DNA of 64,000 nucleotides from Podarcis liolepis (lineage: Eukaryota), in NCBI GenBank assembly GCA_965112155.1, contig OZ218113.1; one strand, 5' to 3'. The first letter of the stretch is position 1. Every line of letters starts with the position of its first letter. The notes below the pieces were generated by a model. The model searched no databases, was not told where the DNA came from, and saw only the letters and a program-made list of their open reading frames with translations. The position numbers and the translations under genes are program-made. Positions 13,317-25,255 of this stretch are shown here, piece by piece.

Positions 13317-15488
13317 TCAGACGCTGGTTCTGCACGTGGCCGGCTGGCCGGGCCTGGAGGCCGTCGGGGGAGCCCCTTTGCCCGCCGAGCTGATCACCCA
13401 CCGGTAGCACTGGGTGACGCTGCGGCTCTTGGCCTGGGCACCGCAGCGGGTGCAGTAGACGATGCCCAGTGCCAGCATGATGACCACGAAGACGCAGATG
13501 GGCACCAGCAGCGCCACCAGCAGCCACCGGTCATCCCTCCGCTGCCGCCCGGGCGCCCCGTCGGGGGTTGGAGTGGCGGGGGGAGCAGAAGTGGGGGGCG
13601 CTGCTCGGACTCCCCCGACCACCGCGGGACTCTCCTCCTCACCAGGCGAATCAGCCGAGACGGGACGGCGGTGGAGGGGAGGCGGAGCGATCGTCGGAGC
13701 GAGCGGGGCCGTCGGGGATGTGGGATCCGCCAGCAGTGAAGGGGGACTCGGGGTGTCTTGGGGGGCGTCCGTTACGGGGAACGGGGAGGGGGATCGGGAG
13801 GCAGGGGGGAGGCCCCAAGCAGCGGTGGGGGTGGAGTTGGGGGGCATGCGAGAACGTCGGGAGGAGGGGCTGGCGTCTAAAAGGGGCGCGGTCGACTTCG
13901 GGTTTGGGGGTTCCGTGGCCGGCAGCATGCGGGGAACCAGGCGGGGGTCTGCGGGGAAGAACGGAGAGGCGACTCTGGCGTCCTGGAAAACGGAGAGGTG
14001 CTCGGAAAGGGCCAGGTTGTGATCGCTGTCATCCTCTTCCTCTACGCCGTCCTCGAGCTCGCCCTCCATCTCCAAACCCAGCCCGTCGTCGAGGTGGTGT
14101 AGGAAGCCGGCTCCGCGGTAGCTCTGGGCGGTGGCCATCGGGGGTGGGTGGGGCGCGGGGCTGCAGGTGATGCCGTCGGGCTCCAAGTCGTAGCCCTCGG
14201 TGCAGTAGCACTCGAAGCCCCCGACGTAGTTGACGCACATCTGCTGGCACACGCCGGGGATCTGGCACTCGTCGGTGTCGGCGCAGCGGCCGGGCTCCTC
14301 CTCCGACGGGCTGAAGCCCAGGTGGCAGCGGCACACGAAGGAGCCGTCGGTGTTCTCGCACTGGTGCTCGCAAGGCGCCTCTGCGCACTCGTCCAGGTCC
14401 TCGCACAGGTGCCCGTCGCTGCCCAGCTCGTAGCCCGCGGGGCATTGGCACCGGTACCCGTCTGCCGCCTCCCCGTCGGCCACGCAGCCGAACTGGCACG
14501 GGCGGCCCCGGCAGGCGTCTCCGTCGGCACCGCCGTCGTGGTGGGTGTGGGAGGCGCAGGAGTGTCCGTCGGGGAGCAGGAAGTACCCGGCGTGGCACTC
14601 GCAGGAGTAGCCCGAGCCCTCGTCCAGGCAGAGCTGCTGGCACCCACCGTTGTCCCCCTCGCACCAGCTGTGCTGATAGACGGCCTCCCGGCACAGCGGC
14701 GCGTCCTTGGACCAGGCCACGCTGCCGTCCTCCTTCTGCATGCACAGTACCGACACCGCCGGCCCTGCCCGGCCGCAGGTCACGGCAGCCACCGTGCCGA
14801 AGGGGACGTAGCGGAGGGCGCCGCTGGCCGGGCCGAACGGGGTGCTGTAGGCGACCGTCGAGGCTCCTCCACCTCCTCCTCCTCCTTCCTCCTCCTCCTC
14901 CATCTCCTCCTCTTCCGCCAGGCCCGCGCACATCCCCTGGAAGGAGAAGCGGCAGAGGTAGCCGTCGACTGGGACGGTGCACGAGCCGTCGAGCCACTGC
15001 AGGTCCAGCTCGCCCAGCACCACGCACCGGGGCGCAGCACAGCTGGGTCCCCCGACGGCGCTGCTAGGCGAGCGCGCCCAGTTGGTGTAGGACGTGTCTT
15101 GGTCGCCCGTCGTCCAAGTGAAGCCCCGCAGCGGCCGTTGCGGGAAGCACTGGCGCGGCTGGCGCTGCAGCCCGATCCAGAGGAGCCGCTGCGGGCCTTG
15201 CGCGTGGCCGCCGCCCCCTCGAACATCGCGGAGCAGCTCGGCCACCTGGGCCGCCTCCTCGGGGTACTTCAGCGTGGCCAGGTTGCCCCCCAGCTCCCGG
15301 CACCCGCGCCAGGCGTCCAGGAAGCTGCGGCGCTGGAAGTAGACGGCGTAGCAGCCGTCGGGGCCGCAGGCGGCCTGCGCCTCTTGCGCCCCGGCGCCGG
15401 GAAGCCGCCAAGCTACAAGCAGCAGCGCCAGCAGCAGCAGCAGCCGCCGCGGCCTGGGCCGTCCTCGTCCTCCTCTTCGCCGGAGCAT
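13317..15488 (-). CDS. CD248: Endosialin/TEM1, single-exon CDS, 723 aa: signal peptide, C-type lectin, sushi, 4 EGF-like, mucin-like stalk, TM helix, PDZ-binding tail
   Basis: The 766-aa track ORF starts at a GTG; the first ATG (15488) precedes a Leu-rich signal peptide. It contains LWIGLQRQPRQC..PLRGFTWTTGDQDT, DTDECQIPGVCQQMCVNYVGGFECYC, RDDRWLLVALLVP and C-terminal CRTSV, all matching mammalian CD248. Confidence 0.97.
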   Translation of the reverse strand: MLRRRGGRGRPRPRRLLLLLALLLVAWRLPGAGAQEAQAACGPDGCYAVYFQRRSFLDAWRGCRELGGNLATLKYPEEAAQVAELLRDVRGGGGHAQGPQRLLWIGLQRQPRQCFPQRPLRGFTWTTGDQDTSYTNWARSPSSAVGGPSCAAPRCVVLGELDLQWLDGSCTVPVDGYLCRFSFQGMCAGLAEEEEMEEEEEGGGGGGGASTVAYSTPFGPASGALRYVPFGTVAAVTCGRAGPAVSVLCMQKEDGSVAWSKDAPLCREAVYQHSWCEGDNGGCQQLCLDEGSGYSCECHAGYFLLPDGHSCASHTHHDGGADGDACRGRPCQFGCVADGEAADGYRCQCPAGYELGSDGHLCEDLDECAEAPCEHQCENTDGSFVCRCHLGFSPSEEEPGRCADTDECQIPGVCQQMCVNYVGGFECYCTEGYDLEPDGITCSPAPHPPPMATAQSYRGAGFLHHLDDGLGLEMEGELEDGVEEEDDSDHNLALSEHLSVFQDARVASPFFPADPRLVPRMLPATEPPNPKSTAPLLDASPSSRRSRMPPNSTPTAAWGLPPASRSPSPFPVTDAPQDTPSPPSLLADPTSPTAPLAPTIAPPPLHRRPVSADSPGEEESPAVVGGVRAAPPTSAPPATPTPDGAPGRQRRDDRWLLVALLVPICVFVVIMLALGIVYCTRCGAQAKSRSVTQCYRWVISSAGKGAPPTASRPGQPATCRTSV

Positions 15489-16329
15489 CGCCCTGCCCTG
15501 CCGCGCCGCTGCCGTCCAGCGCTCTGACAGCCCGGGGGCCCCCCATTCCCCTTCCTTTCCCCTTTTTCCCAGCCAGGGTGGGATGGGGAGGAGCCGCAGA
15601 CGGAGCGGGCGTCCCACTCCCCGCCTTTGCCCTTCTAAGGCGCCGATCTGAGCCCCTGCCAGGAGGGAACCGGAGTCGGGGAAGAATAAGAGAAGGAGGA
15701 GGAAGAAGGAAACCTCCAGCCGCGGCGGGAGAGCGGCAGGCAGGCAGACAGGGAGGCCACAGACAGACGGAGAAAGACCCCCACCCGGAATCCTGCCCCG
15801 GCTGCTTAGCAGAGAGAGACTCGCAAAAGCAGCCCGGACCCTCTCAATTCTTCTCTATCTTCCTCCAGCCCCTTCTCTTGCTCTCTAACCCAGGTGGGGA
15901 GCTTTTTTCCAGACAGGGGGCCACACTCCTTACTGGGTGACCTTCCAAGGGCCGCATGGTGAGTGGGGCCACAGGCAAAAGAGCACAAGGTCCCCCACCC
16001 CTGCTCTAACCACTAGGTCCAACTTTATTCTGAGCCAGTGTGACCTCAGCTGAAGTACTGCGAGTGCAGGATGAGAAGTCCAGAAGCAGATATAGACAAG
16101 TTGGTTCAGCGTTGGATCATAGAATTGTAGAGTTGGAAGGGACCACATGGGTCATCTAGTCCAACCCCCTGAAATGCAGGAATCTGTTGCCCAACATGGG
16201 ACTGGAACCCATGACCCTGTGATTAGGAGTCTCTTACTCTAATGACTGAGCTATACTGATTCAGCCCCCAAATGTAGGCTTGGGTTTAAAGGGGGTCTGG
16301 AAAGGTTGCAAATACCTTTCTCTAGCCTG

Positions 16330-16846
16330 CTGTTGTTGTTATTTAGTCATTCAGTCGTGTCCGACTCTTCGTGACCCCCTGGACAGTGGTTGGACAGGCA
16401 CTCTTGTCTTCCACTGCCTCCCGCAGTTTGGTCAAACTCATGCTGGTAGCTTCAAGAACACTATCCAACCATCTCATCCTCTGTCGTCCCCTTCTCCTTG
16501 TGCCCTCCATCTTTCCCAACATCAGGGTCTTTTCCAGGGAATCTTCCCTTCTCATGAGGTGGCCAAAGTATTGGAGTCTCAACTTTAGGATCTGTCCTTC
16601 CAGTGAGCACTCAGGGCTGATTTCCTTCAGAATGGAGAGGTTTGATCTTCTTGCAGTCCATGGGACTCTCAAGAGTCTCCTCCAGCACCAGAATTCAAAA
16701 GCATCAATTCTTCGGCGATCAGCCTTCTTTATGGTCCAGCTCTCACTTCCATACATCACTACTGGGAAGACCATAGCTTTAACTATACGGACCTTTCTTG
16801 GCAAGGTGATGTCTCTGCTTTTTAAGATGCTGTCTAGGTTTGTCAG
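16330..16846 (-). mobile_element. RTE-BovB LINE, 5'-truncated 3' end
   Basis: LDSILKSRDITLP.KVRIVKAMVFPVVMYGSESWTIKKADRRRIDAFE.WCWRRLLRVPW; (CAA)n tail. Confidence 0.92.
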
Positions 16847-18542
16847 TTTTTGTACAGCCCATGGTACAAAAATAAAAAAAATGTACACAGATTTCCCAGG
16901 GACATGTGGCCCCTGGAAAGTGGCCCCGAAGGGAACGTGGCCCTTGGGCTGAGAGAGCGTTCCAGTTCAACCAGCAGAGGCTCACATTTTAGGGGTGTTC
17001 CTCACTGCACTCACATTCACACGCTGCCATGTGTTCCTCTTCCAGCCTCTCCATTCAGACTGATAGGCGGGGGGGGGCGGGGGGAGGACTGGGAAGGTGC
17101 AGATGTGGCACAGGGAGGTCGGTGTCCCTAGTCAACAGCAAGGAAATAAGTGGAATTCCTTTTGCGTGGGAAACGGCAGGGGAGATTTTTTTGGGGGGGG
17201 AGGGATGGGATGGAGCACATATATTGCAGGGAGGGGGGCTGCTGGGGAGGGAAGGAAGAGGAGAGGAACCCTGCAGTTATTGCCAGCCTTGAATCAATTA
17301 ATGCAAAGGCCTGCTAAAGAAATGAAGCTGATGCTGGCAGAAGCCCCCCACCCACCCACCAGACCCACCCGCCTTCCCTCGACCTCCTATCTCCATTGTG
17401 CAGAGACTTGGCTCTCTCCCTTTATTCGCACAACCGCACACAGGCCTCTCCCAGCCATTCCAAGTGTGCAGGGGAGGAGGAAAGGAGGTCCCCCCCACAC
17501 ACACACACACACAATCCCAAGTCGTCCTTCAGATGGGATGTCTCTGGCTTGGCTAAGGCCCATCGTTCCCCAGCTGCACCTATTTACCAGGGAGAGACCC
17601 TGTTCTCTGCTTTGCGTGTCCCCATAAATCAAGGCCTGCCTGTTATCGCTGTTCCTGCCCTTCCAGGAATGCCTTGTTAAAATGGTTTTGGCAGCACGAA
17701 ACCGTGTGGAAGCACCGAGCTGGGTGGGAACTCTGAAAGCGTCTCCTCGGCAGCAGGGGTCGCCAACGTGGTGCCCATGGGTGCAGTGGCACCTGCAAAG
17801 CCTCTGAGCTCCTGCCACAAATCACTGCTCACTTGGTCATGAGGTGGGGGGGTGGCAGTATCCTGTTTCTCCCTTGAAAAGCGCATAGAAGGAAGGAGGA
17901 AGAGTGGTGATCTCTCCCACTTTTTTGCTCTTTCAGCTTTATGTGCTTTTCCAAGCGCAAATTAATTCTGTTGGAACAGATCCTGCTTATAATTCTGATC
18001 CTTGGAGAAAGTGATATGCATGTATGTAGCCTTCTGTGTGTGTATGTGTGTGTCTCTCCAGGAGGTGGGAAATCTGGAGGAGTGGGTGTGAATTGACTTG
18101 AATTTCTCCCCCCATCCTTCCCAGCCATGGGGAGGGGCCCAGGCAGCAGAAGCCACCCCCCAAGGCAGCACCCCCATGGGCACCCTTCTCTGCCCCCCCC
18201 ATCTCCACCACTGGCAGAGAAGCAGCACGGGCGTCTGTGCTGATCTGGGGTGAGATTGTGCCCATTTCCGTCAAGATCTCGCCAAAATCGCATGAGATCT
18301 TGCAGCGTATGCGAGGTCTCATAGGAAATTGGAGCAATCTCACCAGAAATCAGTGCGGGCACCGCTTCTCTGCCAACAGCTGAGGGGGCAAGGTGGGCGG
18401 CACAGGCAACAGGGCAGGGCAGCACCTCCTGTTTTGTCTCAGGCCCTTGCAATGAGGGCAACCTCAGACACACCTCGAGTTGGAAGTTTGGGTGCAACCC
18501 AGCCTGCAAAAGAGGGGTTTTTATGGATTTAAGATAAAGAAG

Positions 18543-19099
18543 AGAAGAAGAAGAAGAGTTTGGATTTGATATCCCGCCTTTCACTCCCTTTAAGGAGTCT
18601 CAAAGCGGCTAACATTCTCCTTTCCCTTCCTCCCCCACAACAAACACTCTGTGAGGTGAGTGGGGCTGAGAGACTTCAGAGAAGTGTGACTGGCCCAAGG
18701 TCACCCAGCAGCTGCATGTGGAGGAGCGGCGACGCGAACCCCGTTCACCAGAATACGAGACTAATATAATAATAATATAATAATAATAATTTATTATTTA
18801 TACCCCGCCCATCTGGCTGGGTTTCCCCAGCCACTCTGGGCGGCTTCCAAAAGAATATTAAAATACTATGATACATCAAACATTAAAAGCTTCCCTAAAC
18901 AGGGCTGCCTTCAGATGTCTTCTAAAAGTCTGGTAGTTGTTGTTCTCTTTGACATCTGGTGGGAGGGCGTTCCACAGGGAGGGCGCCACTACCGAGAAGG
19001 CCCTCTGCCTGGTTCCCTGTAACTTGGCTTCTCGCAGTGAGGGAACCGCCAGAAGGCCCTCGGTGCTGGACCGCTCTTAACCACTACACCACACTGGCT
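18543..19099 (-). mobile_element. Squam3/MIR-like SINE with (CTT)n tail, split by an L2 3' fragment (~18762-19068)
   Basis: The tRNA-like head (ctcttaaccactacacc) at ~19070-19099 is separated from the SINE body by an (AAT)n-tailed L2 end. Confidence 0.7.
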
Positions 19100-19814
19100 A
19101 AAGTGAGGAACCCCCAGATTCCCATAATGTACCCATCTCTATGCTGATCTCTCCCTTTTCCTGCTTATTGTGGTTTAGGTTGCATCCTGTCTGCAACTTC
19201 CTCTTCCTTGTACGACTCTCTCTCAGACCTGGAGGTGAGAGGTCACACTTTACCCTCTTGAGGAAAGAAAAGCAGCAAGTGGTGTGTGCCTGTGACTTGT
19301 TCTTGTCTAAACTAGCTAGTTCACAACTAGACACCTCTTCTATCCAAGTAGTGCATTTCCTATAATAAGCAACTTTTTTTCCCCTGCTCTCTAACCAAGA
19401 TTCTCAAAGGCAGACCCTGCTTACTTTGCATTCCAAATGGCTTCAGTATGCAATTGGCCCAGTTCTTCCATACAAAGCTCTCTTAACATAGCTCTGGGTC
19501 ATTTTTGCAGCCCTAAGAATCTAGGGTTGCCTTAGCTCAACCGTCTTCCAAACCAGTCTTGTATTTTAATCATGCTGCTGAAGGCTTCGTCTTGAGCTTC
19601 TCGCAGGAGGGATTCATCAGCGGAAGAGTATCTGTTCAGCAATTGCATGATATGTTGGATAAAAAATAACTAAATAACAAGAGACATTTATTCTCATTAC
19701 TTGCAAGCCCCACACACTGTTTCCTTTGGGTCATTGTCTCTCAAGGGGGTGATGAAAGCAGTAATTCATTCCATGCAACACACTCTCCAATGAAAATAGG
19801 GATATCCTATTTTA

Positions 19815-19815
<1 letters not shown>

Positions 19816-19848
<33 letters not shown>
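19816..19848. repeat. (GTT)n microsatellite (tail of an L2 fragment)
   Basis: Direct reading. Confidence 0.9.
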
Positions 19849-22800
19849 ATAACCCGCCCATCTGACTGGGTTGCCCCAGCCACTCTTGGCGGCTCCCAAC
19901 ATATATAAAAACATAATAAAACATTAATAAACATTCCCTATACAGGGCTGCCTTCAGATGAATTCTAAAGGTTGTATAGTTACTTATCTCCTTGTCTCGG
20001 GGGTCTCATGACTCCATACCCTCCAACATTTCTCTGATGAAAATAGAGACAGTCTAAGGAGAAGCATGACATTCCGTGATCAAATGAGAAACTAGGATGG
20101 CTTCTGTAAATCCAGGACTGTCCCTGGAAAACAGGGACACTTGGAGGAGTCTGCATGCAACAATCACATGATATCATGTTTTAGGATCAACTGTGTTACT
20201 TGAACAACTCTCAAGTGCATTGAAAAACATTGTTTGTTTATTTCACCAACCACCAGGTGGCATCGTTCAGCTTCATCCTGCTGGCAAGCAACAACCTAAC
20301 TTAAAAGAACGCTGAAGGAACTGGAAGGATGTTCCCAGGAAGATCTATAGAGAGCCTTCTTTTAACAAATAGGGTATACAGGAAGCTGTAGACGGCTGGC
20401 TTTCTCACCAGTTTGGAGGCTCACCAAAACCATACCCTGAGCATCTTCTGGCCAGTGGAAGGTGGGGCAGGGAGAGGCAGTCTTGCAAGACGTTTTACTT
20501 GGGCTGGGCTTGTGGTGGTGGCTGAGGTCAAGCTGCTACAGGGCCGGGTTTGAAAATTTATGATGTGGATTATCTGATTTTCCTCGCCGAATGTTCTTAA
20601 ACATCTTGTTTAAAACCTTGGGGATGGGGCGGGCTAGAGAGGGGAACGGGGAAAGAAAACATGCTGTCCTTTGCAACGCATCATGTCCTTATGTCAGGAG
20701 CTCCCACGTCGCTAATATGCTGGGGGGAAATGTATGCGCTCAGATGAAGGACATTAATGAATAAGCGCAGAGGCATGATGGAAGTCCCTCAGCGGCAGGC
20801 CGGGGGGAGGAGGTCCCTGGATCTCTCCCGGAGTTTAAGAATAAATAGTTTTCTTCTCCCTCGTGCTCCTCCTCCTCCCCCCACTTTTGCAGAATGCCTT
20901 AAACGTTTCTTGCGCACGTTGTCATGTTCTTCGGAGATGAACTTGTGACTTCTTTCTCCGTTGGCACAGCTTTTTAACCATTCTCTGGAGCGCCGCACCG
21001 AGAAGCTGGAGAGCATAAGGAGAGGCCTGCCAGCTGGATCAGGCCAAAGGCCCACGTAGTCCAGCGTCCTGGTCTCACAGTGGCCAGCCAGAGGATTCAA
21101 TGGGAAGGCGGCAGGCAGGGCTTGAGCACAAGGGCAACTCTCCCCAATTGTAACGCCCAGCAGTTGGTGACATGCTGCCTCCAAGAGTGGAGGGAGAACT
21201 CAGCTGTCATGGCTACTGTGATAAGAATTTTGAGGTCTTGGATATATGTTCAATGTTCATAAGTGTACCAACCAAACACGTACATAGATCAGCACAGGAA
21301 GACCGACCTGAAACCATTTTTGATTCCCAAACTGACCTCAATTATTTCTCTGCAAGGTCAAAATGGAAAAGCCTCCGCATTGTCTTTTCCTTCACAAACC
21401 CTGTCTTAAGGACACATTTAAGATATGAATAGGGTGTGAGGCTGTGACCTGGCTCAGGAACTAAGTATTTATCATTACAAAAGACTGGCCAGGCTCCCCA
21501 GGCAATCCAATCAAGTGACCCTTAGACAGGTAACCTGTCAGACAGGTGGTAAACAAACCACTCAGATTCCTGATGTAAACCGCCCTTTCTGTGATGTAGG
21601 TGTGATGTATGGAGGGGTGGTCTTGGATGGGAATTTCAAAAGTCTTTATAAGCCCTTGCACAGCATTTTTGTGGGTCCTCCTCCTTTCCTGCGAGTGAGG
21701 GGAGCACCCTGTTGCAACAGATCAATAAAGATCAAGCTTACTAGCTGCTTTGCTTCTCAATATTCTCTGGTTGGCCTCTGTTATTTTCTCCTACCAATAG
21801 GTAACCTATATAAGGACTCTATATGGACTCTTGGATACCCCATAAGGGGAAAAGGGCAGATTTTGTTTACAACACTACTACCCAGTGCCGCAAAGGAACA
21901 CTGGAGATACTGTAGGCCCTTCCTATCTGCTATAGGGAGTTCAGGATCTGGGCGTTGTATTTGGGGGTTTGGGCAGGTGATCCTTTTTCAGAACAAATTG
22001 AAAATTTAGCAAGCAAGTCCAGCACAGAATTGCAAGGGCCACAGCACCTTTCTTCTTCTTCTTTCTCTTCTGTTGTTGTTGTTGTTATTCTTAATTTTTG
22101 TATGTTTATATTAAGTGGGTTACTAGTACAAAATTAACCCATGTAATTAAAACACTCAATAAATCCGTTCCATCAAAACAGCAAAGCATCTGCAATTAGC
22201 GTGTGCAGTAAAACAAGCCAATTAAAACGGCATAACAATCACAAGGGTTAAGGCAGCAATTAGCACGGGCGGTTTAGGTCAGGAGATTGGGGGAAGGCTT
22301 GTCTCAACTGGTGTGTCTTCAAGGGCTGGTGGAATGCCAGGACTCTCGTATTTCAGCAGAAATTATGCTCATCAGCTCTAAGTTTGCAGCTACGCATATT
22401 AATTGCACAAATCTGGATCAACTTTTCAAACTAAAATATCGCCTTAGCAGCAAGGAGGGGTTCATCTGCTAATTTTGGTTTCCCCGTTTCTTGTTTTTCC
22501 AATATATCTGCAACAATTTGTAGTAATAATAATAATAATAATAGGTTTAAAACAACAGCAGCACATACATAAAGCCAGTCCAAATTCAAAAGATACCAAA
22601 TGCACTTTACCCTACTGTATCTGTTTTTTTAAGATCACTTGGCTGAAGAACTGCATTGCAAAATTAAGAGAAATGCGAGTTTCAAAGGATGGCTACGTTG
22701 TGGTGGCAGTGGCAACAAAGCTGAATAGAATGTTTTTATTGATTTTTCAGTTACTCCGCAGGTCTTTTCAGTCCTGGATTATTATTTGTGAATGAATGTG

Positions 22801-23085
22801 CAAATGTACTGCTTTTCAGCATGGAGGTGGGGGGTGGGGGTGGGGGTCCGTACCTCCCTGTAGGAAAAGGGTAAAGGAGATCCAAGGAGCAAATAAAATA
22901 CACAGTGGGGGAGAATGAGAAATATTATGAGTTGCATCCAACTAAGCAGACCCATTGAAATCAATGGACTTAAAGTTAGCTGTGGGTATTAATTTCCCTG
23001 GGCCTCCTCTGAGCAGGGCTTATGTGGAGACAGCTCAGTAGAAAGAACTGTATACAGTAATAGAAAGGCCATGGTGAATAGCTCA

Positions 23086-23239
23086 GGCCTGGATAGCTCA
23101 GTTGGTTAGACCATGGTGCTGAGAACACCAAGGTTGCAGGTTCGATCCCTGTATGGACCAGCTGCATATTCCTGCACTGCAGGGGGTTGGACTGGATGAC
23201 CCTCGGGGTCCCTTCCAACTCTACAGTTCTATGATTCTA
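23086..23239 (+). mobile_element. tRNA-derived SINE with CR1-like tail (further copies ~16117-16255, ~30915-31030, ~37180-37323)
   Basis: A box TAGCTCAGTTGG, B box GGTTCGATCC, tail cccttccaactctacagttctatgattct. Confidence 0.8.
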
Positions 23240-24795
23240 ATTTTCAGAGATATAAATCCTCTCTTGCTCTTTACATATATTTTTTTTTCAAAATCTGGGG
23301 CAATGAATACGGCACCACCTTGAGGCAGAGGGTGCAAAATACAACTCTTCCTTTGGGGTTTGTTCTTAATCAATCAATCTAAATAAATAAGAGTTAAATA
23401 CTCAGCTAAGTGCACAGGGAGCATAGAAATTAGTAAATATTAATCTATTATCAATTACTCAATATGCCACTTAATGCCAAGATTGCTAAGTAGTTTACAA
23501 ATAAAATGCTAAGCAGTTTGCAAGTATGTAAAAGGGATTGAAGCACACACCCCCGCCACTTATGAAAAAAATGCGCAATTAAAATTCATCCCATTAAAGC
23601 GTTAAATTATAATCATCCACGATTAAGATATGGAATGAAACAACCCCATTAAAAGAGGGCAGCGATTAATAGCAAGAGATGCAGGTAAGCAAGCAGGTGG
23701 GTCTTCAGTAGACTTGAACGCCGGCTGGTGAATTTGAAGCAGCGAGTCTTTTGGTTTGGTTCTGCTGGGTTCCAGCTGGGGGTGAGCATTCGAGGGAATG
23801 GCATGGCTGATCAAATGGTCAGGGAGACTCTGGAGCAGAGGGCTACAACTCTGGAAAGTTAAAAGCTGGTTTAAACGGACTCTGGTCTGTGGATGGCATT
23901 CTGCTTTTGCCCATCACTGGATAATTTTTTGACTTTTTAAACGGAAAGGTCGTGGTCTGGGAGCAGAGGGCATTTAAGGGAGCACGACAGGTTCACCCGC
24001 CAAACTGAGAGCGCGCCAAAGGGGTGCCAGAACAATGATGGACAACAGAAGGAATGAGGAGGCACTGGATTTTGGTGTCGCACAGGGAGCTGCTGAAATG
24101 TTATAGTACAAATCCACCACCGCTGGGAGGGTGGTGATGTTTGTGGGGTGGTGGAAATAGTTAACCTTGTTCTCTGGGGCTGTTTGCAGTCCGCAGAAGG
24201 GCAGAGGACCTCTCATACACAGGCTTCATGATTTGGGGGTTGCAAATTTGTCTGAAGGAGTCGCACTCCCCGATAAGACTCTCTGGGGTTTGGTGTTGGA
24301 GGGTTGATGGCAGTTTGTGAAAAATATGAGGCTCCGTGGAAGGCTGCAATGGAAACAGAATTGCAGAGTTGCCAGTAGGTGGCAGTAGCGGGACCTTTCC
24401 GTGGCCTCACTACACCACTAAACCCCGATGAGGAGGAATGCCAATGCAGATGGGGGTGTTTCATATTTCATATGTGCCACCTTCACTGTTGAAGGCAGGA
24501 TGCCTTTGAATACTAATTCCTGAGAATCACAGGTGGGCAGAGTGCTGTGGTCCTGCGTGAGACATCTGGCTGGCCATGGTGAGAACAGGACATGAGACCG
24601 GGTGGACTTTACAGGATGTTAGCATCTCCAAATTGCATATGTAAAGCGCTAATTGCAAGAGCTATAGAACTCTATGATGCCATACACCTCTGTGACGGTT
24701 ATTTTCAGTTGATACCGTTATCACAGTTTTAACAGAGCAGCAAGTATGTTATGTTGTGCGGCTGTCTCCCTTAGTTAGTCTGTAACAGTTTAATC

Positions 24796-24922
24796 CAGTG
24801 TTTCCCAAACTTGGGTCTCCAGCTGTCTTTGGACTACAACTTCCATTATCCCTTGCTATCAGGATCAGTGGTTGGGGATTGTAGTCCAAAAGCAGCTGGA
24901 GACCCAAGTTTGGGAAACACTG
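24796..24922. mobile_element. Palindromic hAT (Charlie-like) MITE
   Basis: TIR CAGTGTTTCCCAAACTTGGGTCTCCAGCTG; TSD GTTTAATC/GCTTAATC. Confidence 0.85.
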
Positions 24923-24953
24923 GCTTAATCTATGTAAGACGTATTAGCAACTT

Positions 24954-25255
24954 GTAGAAAAAAGACAGTCACGGAACCAAGAAATTACACAAAAGAAATG
25001 AAATACCGTGAAAATCCCTGAAACGAGAAGTAATCGACTAGAAATATTATCTTATAGAATTAAACTAAATAACAAAAATCAAAAAGTTTAAGGAAAAAAT
25101 TAGAAAAACCTAGAGTTGAACAAAGCCTTAACGGGATGCCAGCTACAAACTTCGTTTCACTGAACTATTCAGTTTCCTCAGAAGGAAATAGAGAAATCAT
25201 AAACCTTAAATTATTTTAAAAGAACTCAAACTTTTTTTGTAAACTCAGGGGAGCA
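24954..25255 (-). mobile_element. 302-bp AT-rich insertion with 12-bp TSD carrying the hammerhead motif (Penelope-like or retrozyme-like)
   Basis: TATTAGCAACTT at 24942-24953 and 25256-25267. Confidence 0.65.
25126..25185 (-). ncRNA. Type I hammerhead ribozyme-like motif
   Basis: Minus RNA reads CCUU-CUGAGGA-A-ACUGAA(UAG)UUCAGU-GAAACG-(19 nt)-CGUU-AAGG: core boxes, 6-bp stem II, 3-bp stem III, GUU cleavage triplet, 4-bp stem I. Confidence 0.65.

Noticed and set aside
14148-15527. 459-aa antisense ORF and other long overlapping ORFs over CD248
   Set aside because: Expected shadow of a very GC-rich CDS with few stops in other frames; no recognisable domains.
15489-15617. 43-aa N-terminal extension of the CD248 ORF
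   Set aside because: It starts at GTG; the ATG at 15488 directly precedes the signal peptide.
17829-18584. 251-aa ORF
   Set aside because: It starts within a SINE tail, has no domain similarity and has no exon structure.
19575-19625. Minus-strand CUGAUGA...CGAAG as another hammerhead
   Set aside because: GAAG instead of GAAA, and no convincing stem I or stem II.
23091-23160. Possible tRNA gene
   Set aside because: The A and B boxes run into a SINE body with a CR1-like tail, and several copies occur in the window.
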